A stretch of 64,000 nucleotides of DNA from the NCBI GenBank assembly GCA_016874795.1, contig VGTG01000005.1, forward strand, positions 15,393-79,392, written 5' to 3'. Under the pieces are notes generated by a model. It did no database searches and had not been told where the DNA came from. It was given only the letters and a program-made list of their open reading frames with translations. Of the stretch, positions 9,648-18,835 are shown piece by piece. Each line of letters starts with the position of its first letter. Positions within the stretch are counted from its first letter, which is position 1. The translations under genes and the position numbers were made by a program. The DNA is from Deltaproteobacteria bacterium (lineage in GTDB: Bacteria > Desulfobacterota > Binatia > UBA12015).

Positions 9648-10388
9648 TCATTCCAGCGCGGCGGTGACGCGCACCGTCGCGCGGATCTCGATCTCTCCCG
9701 CCTCGATCGGCGGTGCCGGCGCTGCTTCCGCGGCCGCCATCGCCATGTCCCGCCGGTAGAACGGCATCGGTGGCTGCTCGTGCGGCTGCTGCTCGATCTC
9801 GAGCAACGAGCCGATCCTTGCGCCCGCACCGGAAGCGGCCGCTTCCGCGCGGGAGCGGGCCTCCGCGACCGCCTGGCGCAGCGCCTCGCGCTCGAGCTCG
9901 TCGCGCTTCGTCACGTCGAAGCGGAGACCGCTGACGGAGGTGGCACCGGCCTCGGTTCCCTGGCCGATCACGTCGCCCACCTTCGTGATGTCGTCGACGC
10001 GCACCTCGACCTGGTTCTGCGCGAGAAAGCCGCGCGGGATACGACGTCCCTTCTCGTAGTCGAACTCCTCCGTCAGGGAGTAGGAGATCGTCCGGATCGC
10101 CTTCTCCCCGACCAGCGGGCCGACCTTCTGCAGGACCGCGTCCACGATCGTCGAGTTCTTCTGCTGCGCCTGGCGCGGATTCGGATCGCGCGACTCGACG
10201 GCGAGGAGGACGAAAGCCTGATCCGGCGCGGCGCGAAGCTCCGCTTCGCCGGTCACGATGACGCGGGGAGGCTTCCTTCCCTCGTGCGGCTCGGCACCCG
10301 CTTGCGAGACGCCGAAGACGACGCCGAAGACGACGACGAAGACGACGATGCTGACGACGAGCGACGACGCGAGGAGGATTCGCTTCAT
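9648..10388 (-). CDS. SIMPL-domain (DUF541, YggE-like) periplasmic protein.
   Basis: Signal peptide followed by VIVTGEAELRAAPDQAFVLLAVESRD...IEAGEIEIRATVRVTAALE, typical of the SIMPL family. Confidence 0.75.
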   Translation of the reverse strand: MKRILLASSLVVSIVVFVVVFGVVFGVSQAGAEPHEGRKPPRVIVTGEAELRAAPDQAFVLLAVESRDPNPRQAQQKNSTIVDAVLQKVGPLVGEKAIRTISYSLTEEFDYEKGRRIPRGFLAQNQVEVRVDDITKVGDVIGQGTEAGATSVSGLRFDVTKRDELEREALRQAVAEARSRAEAAASGAGARIGSLLEIEQQPHEQPPMPFYRRDMAMAAAEAAPAPPIEAGEIEIRATVRVTAALE

Positions 10389-10417
10389 TCCTCCTCCCTA
10401 TCCCAGCCCGTTTGCTT

Positions 10418-11743
10418 CTACAAAAACCCCAAGGTCGTGAAGGGGCCGTTCGGGATGAGAGATGTGTGCGTTCCCGCCGTCGCGAGCCAATTGTCGATGA
10501 TCGTCGCGTAGACCTGCCGGAAGTCCGTGTGGTGGACGAGGTTTCCGACGGAGTTCGGAGCGGCGATGCTCGGGATCCCGCCGTAGATGCCGCCGTTCAC
10601 CGAGTCGCCCATCGCGAAGAGCACCGAGGCCTGACCGTGGTCCGTTCCGCCGCTGCCGTTCTCGGCGATGCGACGGCCGAACTCCGAGAAGGTGAGCGTC
10701 AGGACGCGCTCGGAGACGTTCTCGCCGGCCTCGACGTTGATCGACTGGAGGTCTGTGTAGAACGCGGTGAGACACTCGCTCACCTGCGTCAGCAGGCTGG
10801 CTTGACGCCCGGCGAGCGTGCCCTGGTTCGTGTGCGTATCGAAGCCGCCGAGGCGGACGTGGAAGTAGCGCGCGCCGACGGGCGAGCCGCTGACGGCGTC
10901 GTGGCGGATGATCGAGGCGGCCTCGGCGAGCCGCTGTGCGAGCTGCCCCGGCACGTCGTCGAGGGCCGCTCCCCAGTGCGTGTCGACCGCGTCGTACTCG
11001 TCCATCTTCGAGAGGAGAACCTCTCCCGAGATGCCGACGGAGTTCTGCAGACCGCTGGTCTGGCCGGGATCCGCTTCGACCGCGTACACCGCCTCGAGCG
11101 CGGCCTTCTTCGCCGCCGCGTCGGGGTAGAGCGGGTCGTCCGGAAGCGCGAACTGCGAAAGCGCTCGTACCGCGAGCACGTTGGCGCCCCCTCCGGAGAA
11201 GAACATCTTGCTCAGCGTGTCGTCGACGTCGACCGTCACGAGGTCCGTCGGGTCGTAGAAGTCGTCGAGGTAGCGTCCGAACCAGCCGTCCGAGAACGGC
11301 CCGAGCGGGTCGGCGCTGAACCAGATGTCCTCCGAGCGGAAGTGCGAGAGGCTCTGGCTCGGGTAGGCGACGCCGTTCAGGATCGCGACCTTGCCCGCGT
11401 CGTACAGGCCCTTCAGTCCGCCCATCGACGGATGGAGCGCGAGCGCGTTCCCCCACGTCGGGTCCGGATCGTCGAGCGTGGTCGCCGCGAGGTCCGCGAC
11501 GGAGATCTGCAGCGAAGGCCGCGCCGCTGCGTAGGCGGTGCGCTGCGCTCCGTCGACGGGAATGACCGTGTTCAGCCCGTCGTTCCCGCCCTCGAGCTGC
11601 ACGACGACGAGGATCGGATCGACGACGCCCGAGGCGCCCGCCTCGAGCGGCGCGAAGAGGGCGCGCTGCAGCGGTCCCGGCACGGCGAGCGTCGCGCCCG
11701 CCAGGGCGCCGTTCCGAAGGAAGCGTCTACGGCTGATCGTCAT
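10418..11743 (-). CDS. DUF1501-family protein (Tat-secreted, sulfatase-like fold).
   Basis: Tat motif MTISRRRFLRNGALAGATLAV with GGGGGAAG upstream. GGNDGLNTVIP..., YPSQSLSHFRS and TDHGQASVLFAMG resemble conserved DUF1501 blocks. The track ORF 10418..12946 is over-extended; true start is ATG 11741-11743. Confidence 0.8.
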   Translation of the reverse strand: MTISRRRFLRNGALAGATLAVPGPLQRALFAPLEAGASGVVDPILVVVQLEGGNDGLNTVIPVDGAQRTAYAAARPSLQISVADLAATTLDDPDPTWGNALALHPSMGGLKGLYDAGKVAILNGVAYPSQSLSHFRSEDIWFSADPLGPFSDGWFGRYLDDFYDPTDLVTVDVDDTLSKMFFSGGGANVLAVRALSQFALPDDPLYPDAAAKKAALEAVYAVEADPGQTSGLQNSVGISGEVLLSKMDEYDAVDTHWGAALDDVPGQLAQRLAEAASIIRHDAVSGSPVGARYFHVRLGGFDTHTNQGTLAGRQASLLTQVSECLTAFYTDLQSINVEAGENVSERVLTLTFSEFGRRIAENGSGGTDHGQASVLFAMGDSVNGGIYGGIPSIAAPNSVGNLVHHTDFRQVYATIIDNWLATAGTHTSLIPNGPFTTLGFL

Positions 11744-11754
11744 CGCTTCCCCCT

Positions 11755-13146
11755 TCAGTGGATGCTGGCTTCGGGAATCTGGAGCGCCAGCGCCACCGCG
11801 CCGCGCACCTTCTTCTCGAGCACTTCTTCGTCTTCGAAGTCGTTCATGCCTTCGAAGTAGTCGATCAGCGCTTGACGGGTTCCCGACGGCGTCTTCGCCG
11901 CGATGCCGAGGCGCGCGAGGATCTCGTCCACGACCTCGTCCTCGCCGACGGCCCCCTTCGGGATCAGCTTCTCCGGTTTCAGCTTGACGTCGGTCGCGGA
12001 GCGGCCGGCGCCGACGGCCTGCGCGGCGTCGAAGCGCGCGACGAGCTGGCCGGACGAGAGCCACGAGGGGCCGCTGCTCCAGCCGTTGACGCTCGGCGGC
12101 TCGAAGAGCTCCATGCCCATGTCTTCGAGCTTGTCCGGCGTCAGCACGTGGCTCGACTGCGCGTCGAGGGCGCGCATCGCGGAGAAGAGGAATTCGCACG
12201 GGTTCTTGACCGAGCTCGTCTTGGCCGTCGCGGAGTAGAACTCGTCGTGCGTGAAGAGGGAGCGAAGCAGGTCCCGGACGACGTAGCCGTTCGCGCGGAA
12301 GTCCGTGGTGATCTCGTCGATCAGGGCGGCGTCGGGGTTCGGGTACGCGAAGTACTCCCAGAGCTTCTTCCCGAGGAACCGCGGCATCGTGAGGTTTCCG
12401 GCGGAGTCGGTGTGAGTGAAGAGGATGTCGATCGCGTTCTGCGCGGGCGGCAGGAGGTTCCCCGCGCCGTCCTCGACCCCGATCGGCCCGGTCGCCTGGA
12501 ACGGCTTTCCGGCGAAGAGCGTCTTCGAGCCGGAGTCCCAGCGAGCCAAATTGAAGAAGCCGACGTCGTTCGCGTCGTACTGGAAGCCGGTGAGCGCGCG
12601 CGTGAGCTCCGTCACGTCGGTCTGCGTGTAGTTCTCCTCGGTCTCGTCGAAGCTGAACACGCCGAGCACGAAGAGCTCCATCAGCTCGCGCGCGAAATTC
12701 TCGTTGAGCGCGTTCTTCCGGTTCTGGCGGCCGTCGAGCATCTCGAGCATCGCCGGGTCGCGCGTCACCTCCCACACGAGCGTGCGGAGCGGGCCGAGGC
12801 CGTGCTCGCGGAAAGTGCGGTTCTGGTACGACATCCGGCGCACGCTCTTCGCGACGCTGAACTGCGTCGCGAAGTGATCGTGCCAGAAGAGGACCATCTT
12901 CTCCTGCAGACGCCGCGCGTTCTGCGTCGCCATCCGCTTCGCCCACCAGGTCGAGAGCTTCTTCAGCTCGGACCGCTCGTTCGTCGGGGCGGACGGCCCC
13001 TTCGCGCTGGTCGGCTTCTGCGACACCAGGATCTCGACCGAGAGGCCGACCCCGCGGCGCAGGAATCCCTTGATGTCGTTCGGCTTCGCGCCGAAGCCCG
13101 CGCGATTCAGCAGGTGAACGACGTTCTCTTCACTCCAGACGACCAT
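11755..13146 (-). CDS. DUF1800-family protein.
   Basis: MVVWSEENVVHLLNRAGFGAKPNDIKGF...MVLFWHDHFATQ..., a typical DUF1800 N-terminus; lies immediately upstream of the DUF1501 partner. GGAGGGGAG upstream. Confidence 0.8.
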   Translation of the reverse strand: MVVWSEENVVHLLNRAGFGAKPNDIKGFLRRGVGLSVEILVSQKPTSAKGPSAPTNERSELKKLSTWWAKRMATQNARRLQEKMVLFWHDHFATQFSVAKSVRRMSYQNRTFREHGLGPLRTLVWEVTRDPAMLEMLDGRQNRKNALNENFARELMELFVLGVFSFDETEENYTQTDVTELTRALTGFQYDANDVGFFNLARWDSGSKTLFAGKPFQATGPIGVEDGAGNLLPPAQNAIDILFTHTDSAGNLTMPRFLGKKLWEYFAYPNPDAALIDEITTDFRANGYVVRDLLRSLFTHDEFYSATAKTSSVKNPCEFLFSAMRALDAQSSHVLTPDKLEDMGMELFEPPSVNGWSSGPSWLSSGQLVARFDAAQAVGAGRSATDVKLKPEKLIPKGAVGEDEVVDEILARLGIAAKTPSGTRQALIDYFEGMNDFEDEEVLEKKVRGAVALALQIPEASIH

Positions 13147-13218
13147 CCGACTCCCCTCCGGCGCTTGGATGCGCGGAGAGGATGCACGGTGAACCGCCCT
13201 CCGGGCAATGGGCGGATT

Positions 13219-14463
13219 TCAGGAGATGCGCGCGGCGGGCATCGGCGGACAGGCCGAGCCGATGCCCGTACCGTCCTGCGGACAGGCGCTGCCGATGCGG
13301 CGCAGCACCTCGAAGAGGAAGTAGATCTCGGGGTAGATCAGCGGCTTCCCGTTGGTCAGGATCGCCACGGAGACGTCGCGGTCCGGGTCCGCCCAGCCGA
13401 ACACGTTCGTCAGGCCGAGATGGCCGAACGCATGGCGCGTGAACGGCCCGTAGAGGCTGAACCACTCCGCGCCGAGCATGAAGCCCGAGCCGTAGCGAAA
13501 CGGCAGGACGAGGGTCATGTCGGGCTCGAGGTACGATTGCTCCGCCGTCGCGCGAACGACCGTGCGGCGATCGAAGACGCGCACGCCGTCGAGCGTGCCG
13601 CCGACGCGCAGCACCTCGAAGAAGCGGCACAGCTCCTCCGCGTTCGAGACGACGTTCCCCGACGGGAAGATGCTCGTCAGGAAGCGCGAGTCGTTGAGGA
13701 TCTCGACGGCGCGCTCGTAGTCGATGCCGAGCGCGCGCCGCATCAGCATCGATACCGGCCAGAACGGCGCCGGACCCGTGAAGACGTTCGTGGCGACGCG
13801 CCCGAGATCCTCGTGCCGCACGCCGTAGCTCATCCAGCGGAGCCCGAGGGGCTTCCGCAGCACCTCGTCGAGATACGCGCGGATGTCCTTCCCCGTCACG
13901 CGGCGCACGACCTCGCCGAGGAGGAAGCCCGTGGTCACCGCGTGGTAGGCGAGGCGCGTACCGGGACGCCACAGCGGCTCCTGCTCGCAGAGGAGCTCGA
14001 CGATCCGATCGGGATCGCCGAGGAGCGCCGGGTCCATCGTGTCCGGCGGCGGGTTCGGAACGCCGGCGCGGTGATTCAGCACGTGACGGAGGCTGATCGC
14101 CTCCTTCCCGCGGCAGCCGAACTCCGGGATGTACTCGCAAACCGGATCGTCGAGCCGGACCTGATCCGTCTCGTCGAGATGATGAAGGAGCATCGCGGTG
14201 ACGGCCTTCGAAGCGGAAGCGACGCAGAAGGGCGTGTCCGGCGTCGCGAGGACCTTCTCCGATCCGGGCGGATCGCTCGGGCCGTTGCCTCGCGCGTAGC
14301 CGATCGAGCGCTCGAGGAGGATGCGGCCCCGGCGCCGCACGCAGATGCTGATCGCCGGGTGGATGCCGGCTTGATACAGGCGCTCGACCGCGCGCCAGAT
14401 CCACTTGACGGCCCGCGTTTCGACGCCGACCGAGGGCGGATAGACCTCCGCACCCGGGCGCAT
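13219..14463 (-). CDS. Serine hydrolase, beta-lactamase/esterase family (class C beta-lactamase-related).
   Basis: S-x-x-K nucleophile motif in FCVASASKAVTAML, plus YHAV and HLGLTNVFGWADPD. Start taken at MRPGAEV (ATG 14461-14463); the upstream part of the 1113-aa track ORF is noise. Confidence 0.75.
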   Translation of the reverse strand: MRPGAEVYPPSVGVETRAVKWIWRAVERLYQAGIHPAISICVRRRGRILLERSIGYARGNGPSDPPGSEKVLATPDTPFCVASASKAVTAMLLHHLDETDQVRLDDPVCEYIPEFGCRGKEAISLRHVLNHRAGVPNPPPDTMDPALLGDPDRIVELLCEQEPLWRPGTRLAYHAVTTGFLLGEVVRRVTGKDIRAYLDEVLRKPLGLRWMSYGVRHEDLGRVATNVFTGPAPFWPVSMLMRRALGIDYERAVEILNDSRFLTSIFPSGNVVSNAEELCRFFEVLRVGGTLDGVRVFDRRTVVRATAEQSYLEPDMTLVLPFRYGSGFMLGAEWFSLYGPFTRHAFGHLGLTNVFGWADPDRDVSVAILTNGKPLIYPEIYFLFEVLRRIGSACPQDGTGIGSACPPMPAARIS

Positions 14464-14625
14464 GGTGGTGACCGCTTCGAGATCCTCCGGAACCGGGCAG
14501 GTCGCGTACAGGTGGCCGAGGAGCGGCTGGTTCACGTCCGAGGAGGTAGCTCTCGGCCGTTCCGGCCGCACGGCGTCCGCACGGCGCCGAGCGAACGACG
14601 CCTCGCGCCGTGGTACGGAGGATTC

Positions 14626-16260
14626 ATGGGCCACCCCTACTTCGCGAGCCGGCGCGCCGCCGGCGGACCGGGCACGAGCGGGCGCTCGGCGGTCCTCGCG
14701 CGCCGCGGCATCGTCTGCACGAGCCAGCCCCTCGCCTCCCAGGCGGGGCTCGCGGTGCTTCGCGACGGGGGTAACGCGTTCGATGCCGCGATCACCGCGG
14801 TCGCCGTGCAATGCGTCGTCGAGCCGTACAACACCGGGGTCGGCGGCGACTGCTTCGCGATCGTCTGGCCGGCGCGCGAAGGACGGCTCCGTGCCCTGAA
14901 CGGCAGCGGGCGCGCGCCGGCGGAGATCGACATCGCGGCGCTGCGCGCGCAGGGCGACGAGATGCCGTGGTTCGGCGCCGCGACGATCACGGTACCGGGC
15001 GCCGTCGACGCCTGGCACGAGCTTCTCTCGCGTTACGGCACACGGTCGCTTCGCGAGCTCCTCGCCCCCGCGATCGCGTACGCCGAGGACGGCTTCGCGG
15101 TGAGCGAGATCGTCTCGAACGAGTGGGATCTCGTCGTACGCTTCGGGCTCCTCCGGAACGACGACGCGCGCCGGTGCTTCGCGCCGGACGGCGCGGGCCC
15201 GCGGCCGGGGCGAATCGTTCGTCTGCCCGAGCTCGCGCGCTCGCTGCGTCTCCTCGCCGAGGGCGGCCGCGACGCGTTCTACGGTGGAGAGCTCGCGGAG
15301 CGCCTCGTCGCAGCACTTCGCAACGAAGGGTGTGCGCTCTCGCTCGCGGACCTCGCGGAGCATCGCTCGACCTGGGTCGAACCGATCGGGATCGACTACC
15401 GCGGCTACCGTCTCTGTGAGGTTCCGCCGAACACGCAGGGCATCACGGCATTGATTGCGCTCGGAATCCTGCAGCACCACGATCTCGGAGCCCTGCGGGG
15501 CGGCTCGGCGGAGGCGCTGCACCTCGTGATCGAGGCGGTCAAGCTCGCGCTCGCGGATCGCGCGGCGCACGTTGCGGATGCGGAGCACATGCGCGTCCCC
15601 GTCGAGGCCTTGCTCGACGCTTCGTCTCTGCGGCGACGCGCCGCGGAGATCGACCTTTCGCGCGCGAGCGAGGAGCCGCGCGCGCTCGCCGGAGGAAGCG
15701 ACACCGTGACGCTCGTCGCGGCCGACGCGGAAGGAAACGTCGTCACGCTGATCAACAGCCTCTACGGTGCCTTCGGCTCCGGGCTCGTCGCGGGCGACAC
15801 GGGGATCGCACTGCAGAACCGCGGACGCGGCTTCGTTCTCGATCCGGCGCACCCGAACTGCATCGCGCCGCGCAAGCGGCCGTTCCACACGCTGTGTCCC
15901 GCGATGCTCCTCGCGAACGGCCGTCCCGCCGTGGCGCTCGGCGTGATGGGTGGCGACGTGCAGGCGCAAGCGCACGTGCAGGTCGTGACGAGCCTCGTCG
16001 ACCACGGCCGGAACGTGCAGGAGGCGCTCGACGCGACGCGCTTCCACGCGCTCGGCGGTGCTCACGTCGCGTTCGAGGAGGACCTTCCCGTGGAGGCGCG
16101 CGAAGCGCTCGCGCTCCGCGGACACCGGATCGAGGACCCGCTCGCCGCGCTCGCGCGCGGCGGGTTCGGCGGCGGACAGGCGATCGCGATCGACGCGGAG
16201 AGCGGTGTCCTCTGGGGCGGCTCGGACCGGCGGAAGGACGGCGCCGCGGCCGGATTCTGA
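14626..16260 (+). CDS. ggt: Gamma-glutamyltranspeptidase.
   Basis: GDCFAIVW, the autoprocessing threonine region ...GSDTVTLVAADAEGNVVTLINSLYGAFGSG, and MGGDVQAQAH; 544 aa. ATG at 14626 preceded by GGAGG. No signal peptide. Confidence 0.85.
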   Translation: MGHPYFASRRAAGGPGTSGRSAVLARRGIVCTSQPLASQAGLAVLRDGGNAFDAAITAVAVQCVVEPYNTGVGGDCFAIVWPAREGRLRALNGSGRAPAEIDIAALRAQGDEMPWFGAATITVPGAVDAWHELLSRYGTRSLRELLAPAIAYAEDGFAVSEIVSNEWDLVVRFGLLRNDDARRCFAPDGAGPRPGRIVRLPELARSLRLLAEGGRDAFYGGELAERLVAALRNEGCALSLADLAEHRSTWVEPIGIDYRGYRLCEVPPNTQGITALIALGILQHHDLGALRGGSAEALHLVIEAVKLALADRAAHVADAEHMRVPVEALLDASSLRRRAAEIDLSRASEEPRALAGGSDTVTLVAADAEGNVVTLINSLYGAFGSGLVAGDTGIALQNRGRGFVLDPAHPNCIAPRKRPFHTLCPAMLLANGRPAVALGVMGGDVQAQAHVQVVTSLVDHGRNVQEALDATRFHALGGAHVAFEEDLPVEAREALALRGHRIEDPLAALARGGFGGGQAIAIDAESGVLWGGSDRRKDGAAAGF

Positions 16261-16297
16261 CCGGCGCCACTCGAGGAAGGCGACTCTCGGGTCGACG

Positions 16298-17626
16298 ATG
16301 CACGTACGGATCGAAGATCGGAATCCCGACGGACGCGGGCGTGGCCGCGCCGCGAAGCGCGTCGTCCTCGTCTCGCAGGCGCATCCCGGCGAGGAGGTCA
16401 CGGTGCGGACGGACCTCGTCACCCGCGGCACCGTCCAGGGGCGCGTCGCGAAGCTGCTCGAGCGCGATCCCGCGCGGATCGAGCACGAGTGCCAGCACGA
16501 GTTCCATTGCACCGGCTGTCCGCTGCTCGCCGCTTCGGAAGAGGACGAGGCGGCGTTCAAGACCGCTCGCCTCGCGCACGCGCTCGAGAGCCTGCGCGGC
16601 TACACGTTGCCGGCGCCCGAGCCGCTCCTCCGGCCCGGACCGCTCTTCGGCTATCGCCATCTCGCGAAGCAGAGCTTCGGGGAGCGCGAAGGGCACGCGG
16701 TCCTCGGCTCGTACGTCGCCGGCACCCATCGCGTCACCGACAACGCCGGCTGCCCGGTCCTGGCGCCGCCCTTGCGCGACCTGATGGACCTCGTCGCGCG
16801 GCTCGCGGACGAGAGCGGTCTGCCGCTCGACGCACCGAACGGGCGATCGGGCTTGCGGCACGCCGTCGCACGTCTCAGCCGGAGCTCCGGCCGGATGCTG
16901 CTCTTGATCGGAACGACCGAGGATCCGCCGCTGGGAGCGAGCGCGCTCGCGGGGCTTCTGCGGCGCGAGTGTCCCGACCTCGTCGGCGTGCACGTCCTCG
17001 TGCAATCCGGGCGCGGGAACGCGCTTCTCGCCGGCGACGTGCGCTGGAGCGACGGGGCGAGCTTCGTCGAGGACGCGATCCTCGGCTTCACGCACCGGAT
17101 CGGCCCGCGCTCGTTCTTCCAGATCCATCCCGCGGCCGCCGAGGTGATGTTCGCGACCGCAGTGGCCGCGGCGGGCGAGGGCGAGCGCTGCCTCGAAGTG
17201 TTCGCGGGCGTTGGAGCGCTGACGCTGCCGCTCGCGAGCTGCTTCCGCGAGGTGGTCGCGATCGAGTCCTCGACGGAGGCTTCGGTGAGCCTCCGCGAAG
17301 CCGCGGCGCGAGTCTCGAGGACGAGCGGTCGCGTCCAGGTCCGCGAGGGGCGCGCGGAGGTGCTCGTCCCCGAGGCGCTGCGCGTGTCCACTCCCGACGT
17401 CGTCGTCCTCGACCCGCCGCGTGCGGGCGCTTCGCCGGCGGTGATGGAGCCGATCGCCGCTTCCGGCGCGCGGCGCTGCATCCTGATCTCGTGCGATCCG
17501 GACGCGCTCGCACGTGACCTCGCGCCGCTCCTGCGGAGCGACTGGGTGGTCGAGCGGATCGTGCCGGTCGACCAGTTTCCGCGCACGGCGCACCTCGAGA
17601 CGATCGCGGTCGCTTCCCGGCGGTGA
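16298..17626 (+). CDS. RumA/RlmD-family 23S rRNA (uracil-5)-methyltransferase (TRAM domain, Fe-S cluster, SAM methyltransferase).
   Basis: TRAM-like N-terminus, Cys cluster CQHEFHCTGCPL...C, FFQIHP, and SAM-binding VFAGVGALTLPLA with DPPRAG; 442 aa. Confidence 0.8.
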   Translation: MHVRIEDRNPDGRGRGRAAKRVVLVSQAHPGEEVTVRTDLVTRGTVQGRVAKLLERDPARIEHECQHEFHCTGCPLLAASEEDEAAFKTARLAHALESLRGYTLPAPEPLLRPGPLFGYRHLAKQSFGEREGHAVLGSYVAGTHRVTDNAGCPVLAPPLRDLMDLVARLADESGLPLDAPNGRSGLRHAVARLSRSSGRMLLLIGTTEDPPLGASALAGLLRRECPDLVGVHVLVQSGRGNALLAGDVRWSDGASFVEDAILGFTHRIGPRSFFQIHPAAAEVMFATAVAAAGEGERCLEVFAGVGALTLPLASCFREVVAIESSTEASVSLREAAARVSRTSGRVQVREGRAEVLVPEALRVSTPDVVVLDPPRAGASPAVMEPIAASGARRCILISCDPDALARDLAPLLRSDWVVERIVPVDQFPRTAHLETIAVASRR

Positions 17627-17812
17627 GATGCGGGCACCGCGCGCGAGCCGTCGCACCGTTTGCGCCGCTGCCCGTCGATCTGCGACACCGGCTCCGGACG
17701 CCGATGCCGTCGTCGCCCCGTCAGAGCCTCCCGAAGCCGATCCGCTTCGTGCGCAATCATGCGCGCCTGTTCGGCTCGATCGCCGTCGGGATCGTAGGGA
17801 CACGGGCGGGCG

Positions 17813-18835
17813 TCACTCACCGCCCATGCGGTGCGGCTGCCACTGGAGGCCGAGAGCGAGGATGCGCTCGAGGAGCCGGGAGTACGACATCTTCGCCCGC
17901 TTGGCGGACTGCGCGAAGTCCTCTTCCTCGGCGAGCTGCGGGTTCGCGTTCGCCTCGATGACGTACGCCTTGCCGTTCGCGTCGAGACGGAAGTCGATGC
18001 GCGCGTAGCCGCAGAGGTCGAGCGCGCGGTACGCCCGCTTCGCCAGGTGCTGGATCTTCGGGGCGAGGCCTTCCGGAAGCTCTGCCTCGGCGGTATCGAT
18101 GCCGTGACGCTTCTGATACTTGACGTTCCACTTCACGCGTTCCGTCGCGATGTGCCAGTGATCGTCGGACATCTTCGCGAACGTCATCTCCCAGACGGGA
18201 AAGACGCGGAGCCGGTGGTTCCCCATCACGCCGACGTAGATCTCGCGCCCGTCGATGAACTGCTCGATGATCGCGGGCGTCAGAATCGTGTCGTGGATGT
18301 ACTTCACGCGCTTCTGGAGCTGCTCCTCGTTCGCGACGACGGAAGCCTGCGAGATACCGATCGAGGATTCGAACGTCAGCGACTTCACGATCAGGGGAAA
18401 GCTGAGCTTCCGCGGCAACACGGGCTTCCGGTTGAGAGGAGCCACCGTGAAATCGGGCGACGGGATGCGGTGGTACGCGAGGAGCTTCCGCGCGAGGGCC
18501 TTGTCGCGCGACAGCGTCAGGCCGCGCGGATTGCAGCCCGTGTACGGGATCCGCAGCAGCTCGAGGTAGCTGACGACGTTCTGGTCGAACACGCCGACGT
18601 CGGCGAACGCCTCCATCAGGTTGAACACGATCGTCGGCTTGAACTCGTCGATCGCCGAGCGGATCGGCGTCAGGTCGTCGTGGACGCCGATGACGCGAAG
18701 CTCGTGCCCGCGCCGGCGGAGCGTCGTGACGACGTCCCACTCCATCCGCCACTCGGGGGCGACGTCCGCCTGCGCGACGTCCTCCTTCGGGACGAGGTCC
18801 TCGTGGACGAGAACGAGGACGCGATACTTCCTCAC
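17813..18835 (-). CDS. ATP-grasp enzyme of the D-alanine--D-alanine ligase-like clade.
   Basis: VLVLVHEDLV N-terminal domain, then KPVLPRKLSFPLIVKSLTFESSIGIS, EQFIDGREIYVGVMGN and GYARIDFRLDANGKAYVIEANANP (ATP-grasp Mg/ATP motifs). The GTG start at 18833-18835 overlaps the stop of the upstream gene (GTGA). Confidence 0.8.
   Translation of the reverse strand: MRKYRVLVLVHEDLVPKEDVAQADVAPEWRMEWDVVTTLRRRGHELRVIGVHDDLTPIRSAIDEFKPTIVFNLMEAFADVGVFDQNVVSYLELLRIPYTGCNPRGLTLSRDKALARKLLAYHRIPSPDFTVAPLNRKPVLPRKLSFPLIVKSLTFESSIGISQASVVANEEQLQKRVKYIHDTILTPAIIEQFIDGREIYVGVMGNHRLRVFPVWEMTFAKMSDDHWHIATERVKWNVKYQKRHGIDTAEAELPEGLAPKIQHLAKRAYRALDLCGYARIDFRLDANGKAYVIEANANPQLAEEEDFAQSAKRAKMSYSRLLERILALGLQWQPHRMGGE

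Noticed and set aside
10418-12946. 842-aa version of the DUF1501 ORF.
   Set aside because: The in-frame extension upstream of ATG 11741-11743 is Arg-rich junk and overlaps the DUF1800 gene. The Tat motif and RBS mark the true start.
11758-16260. 1500-aa plus-strand ORF.
   Set aside because: Only the last 544 codons (gamma-glutamyltranspeptidase, from ATG 14626 with GGAGG) are protein-like. The first about 950 codons are Arg/Glu-rich antisense of the DUF1800 and serine hydrolase genes.
17626-17813. Possible terminator hairpin (GGGCGG...CCGCCC) near the ATP-grasp stop.
   Set aside because: Short (6-bp) stem overlapping the coding end; not distinctive in 70% GC DNA.
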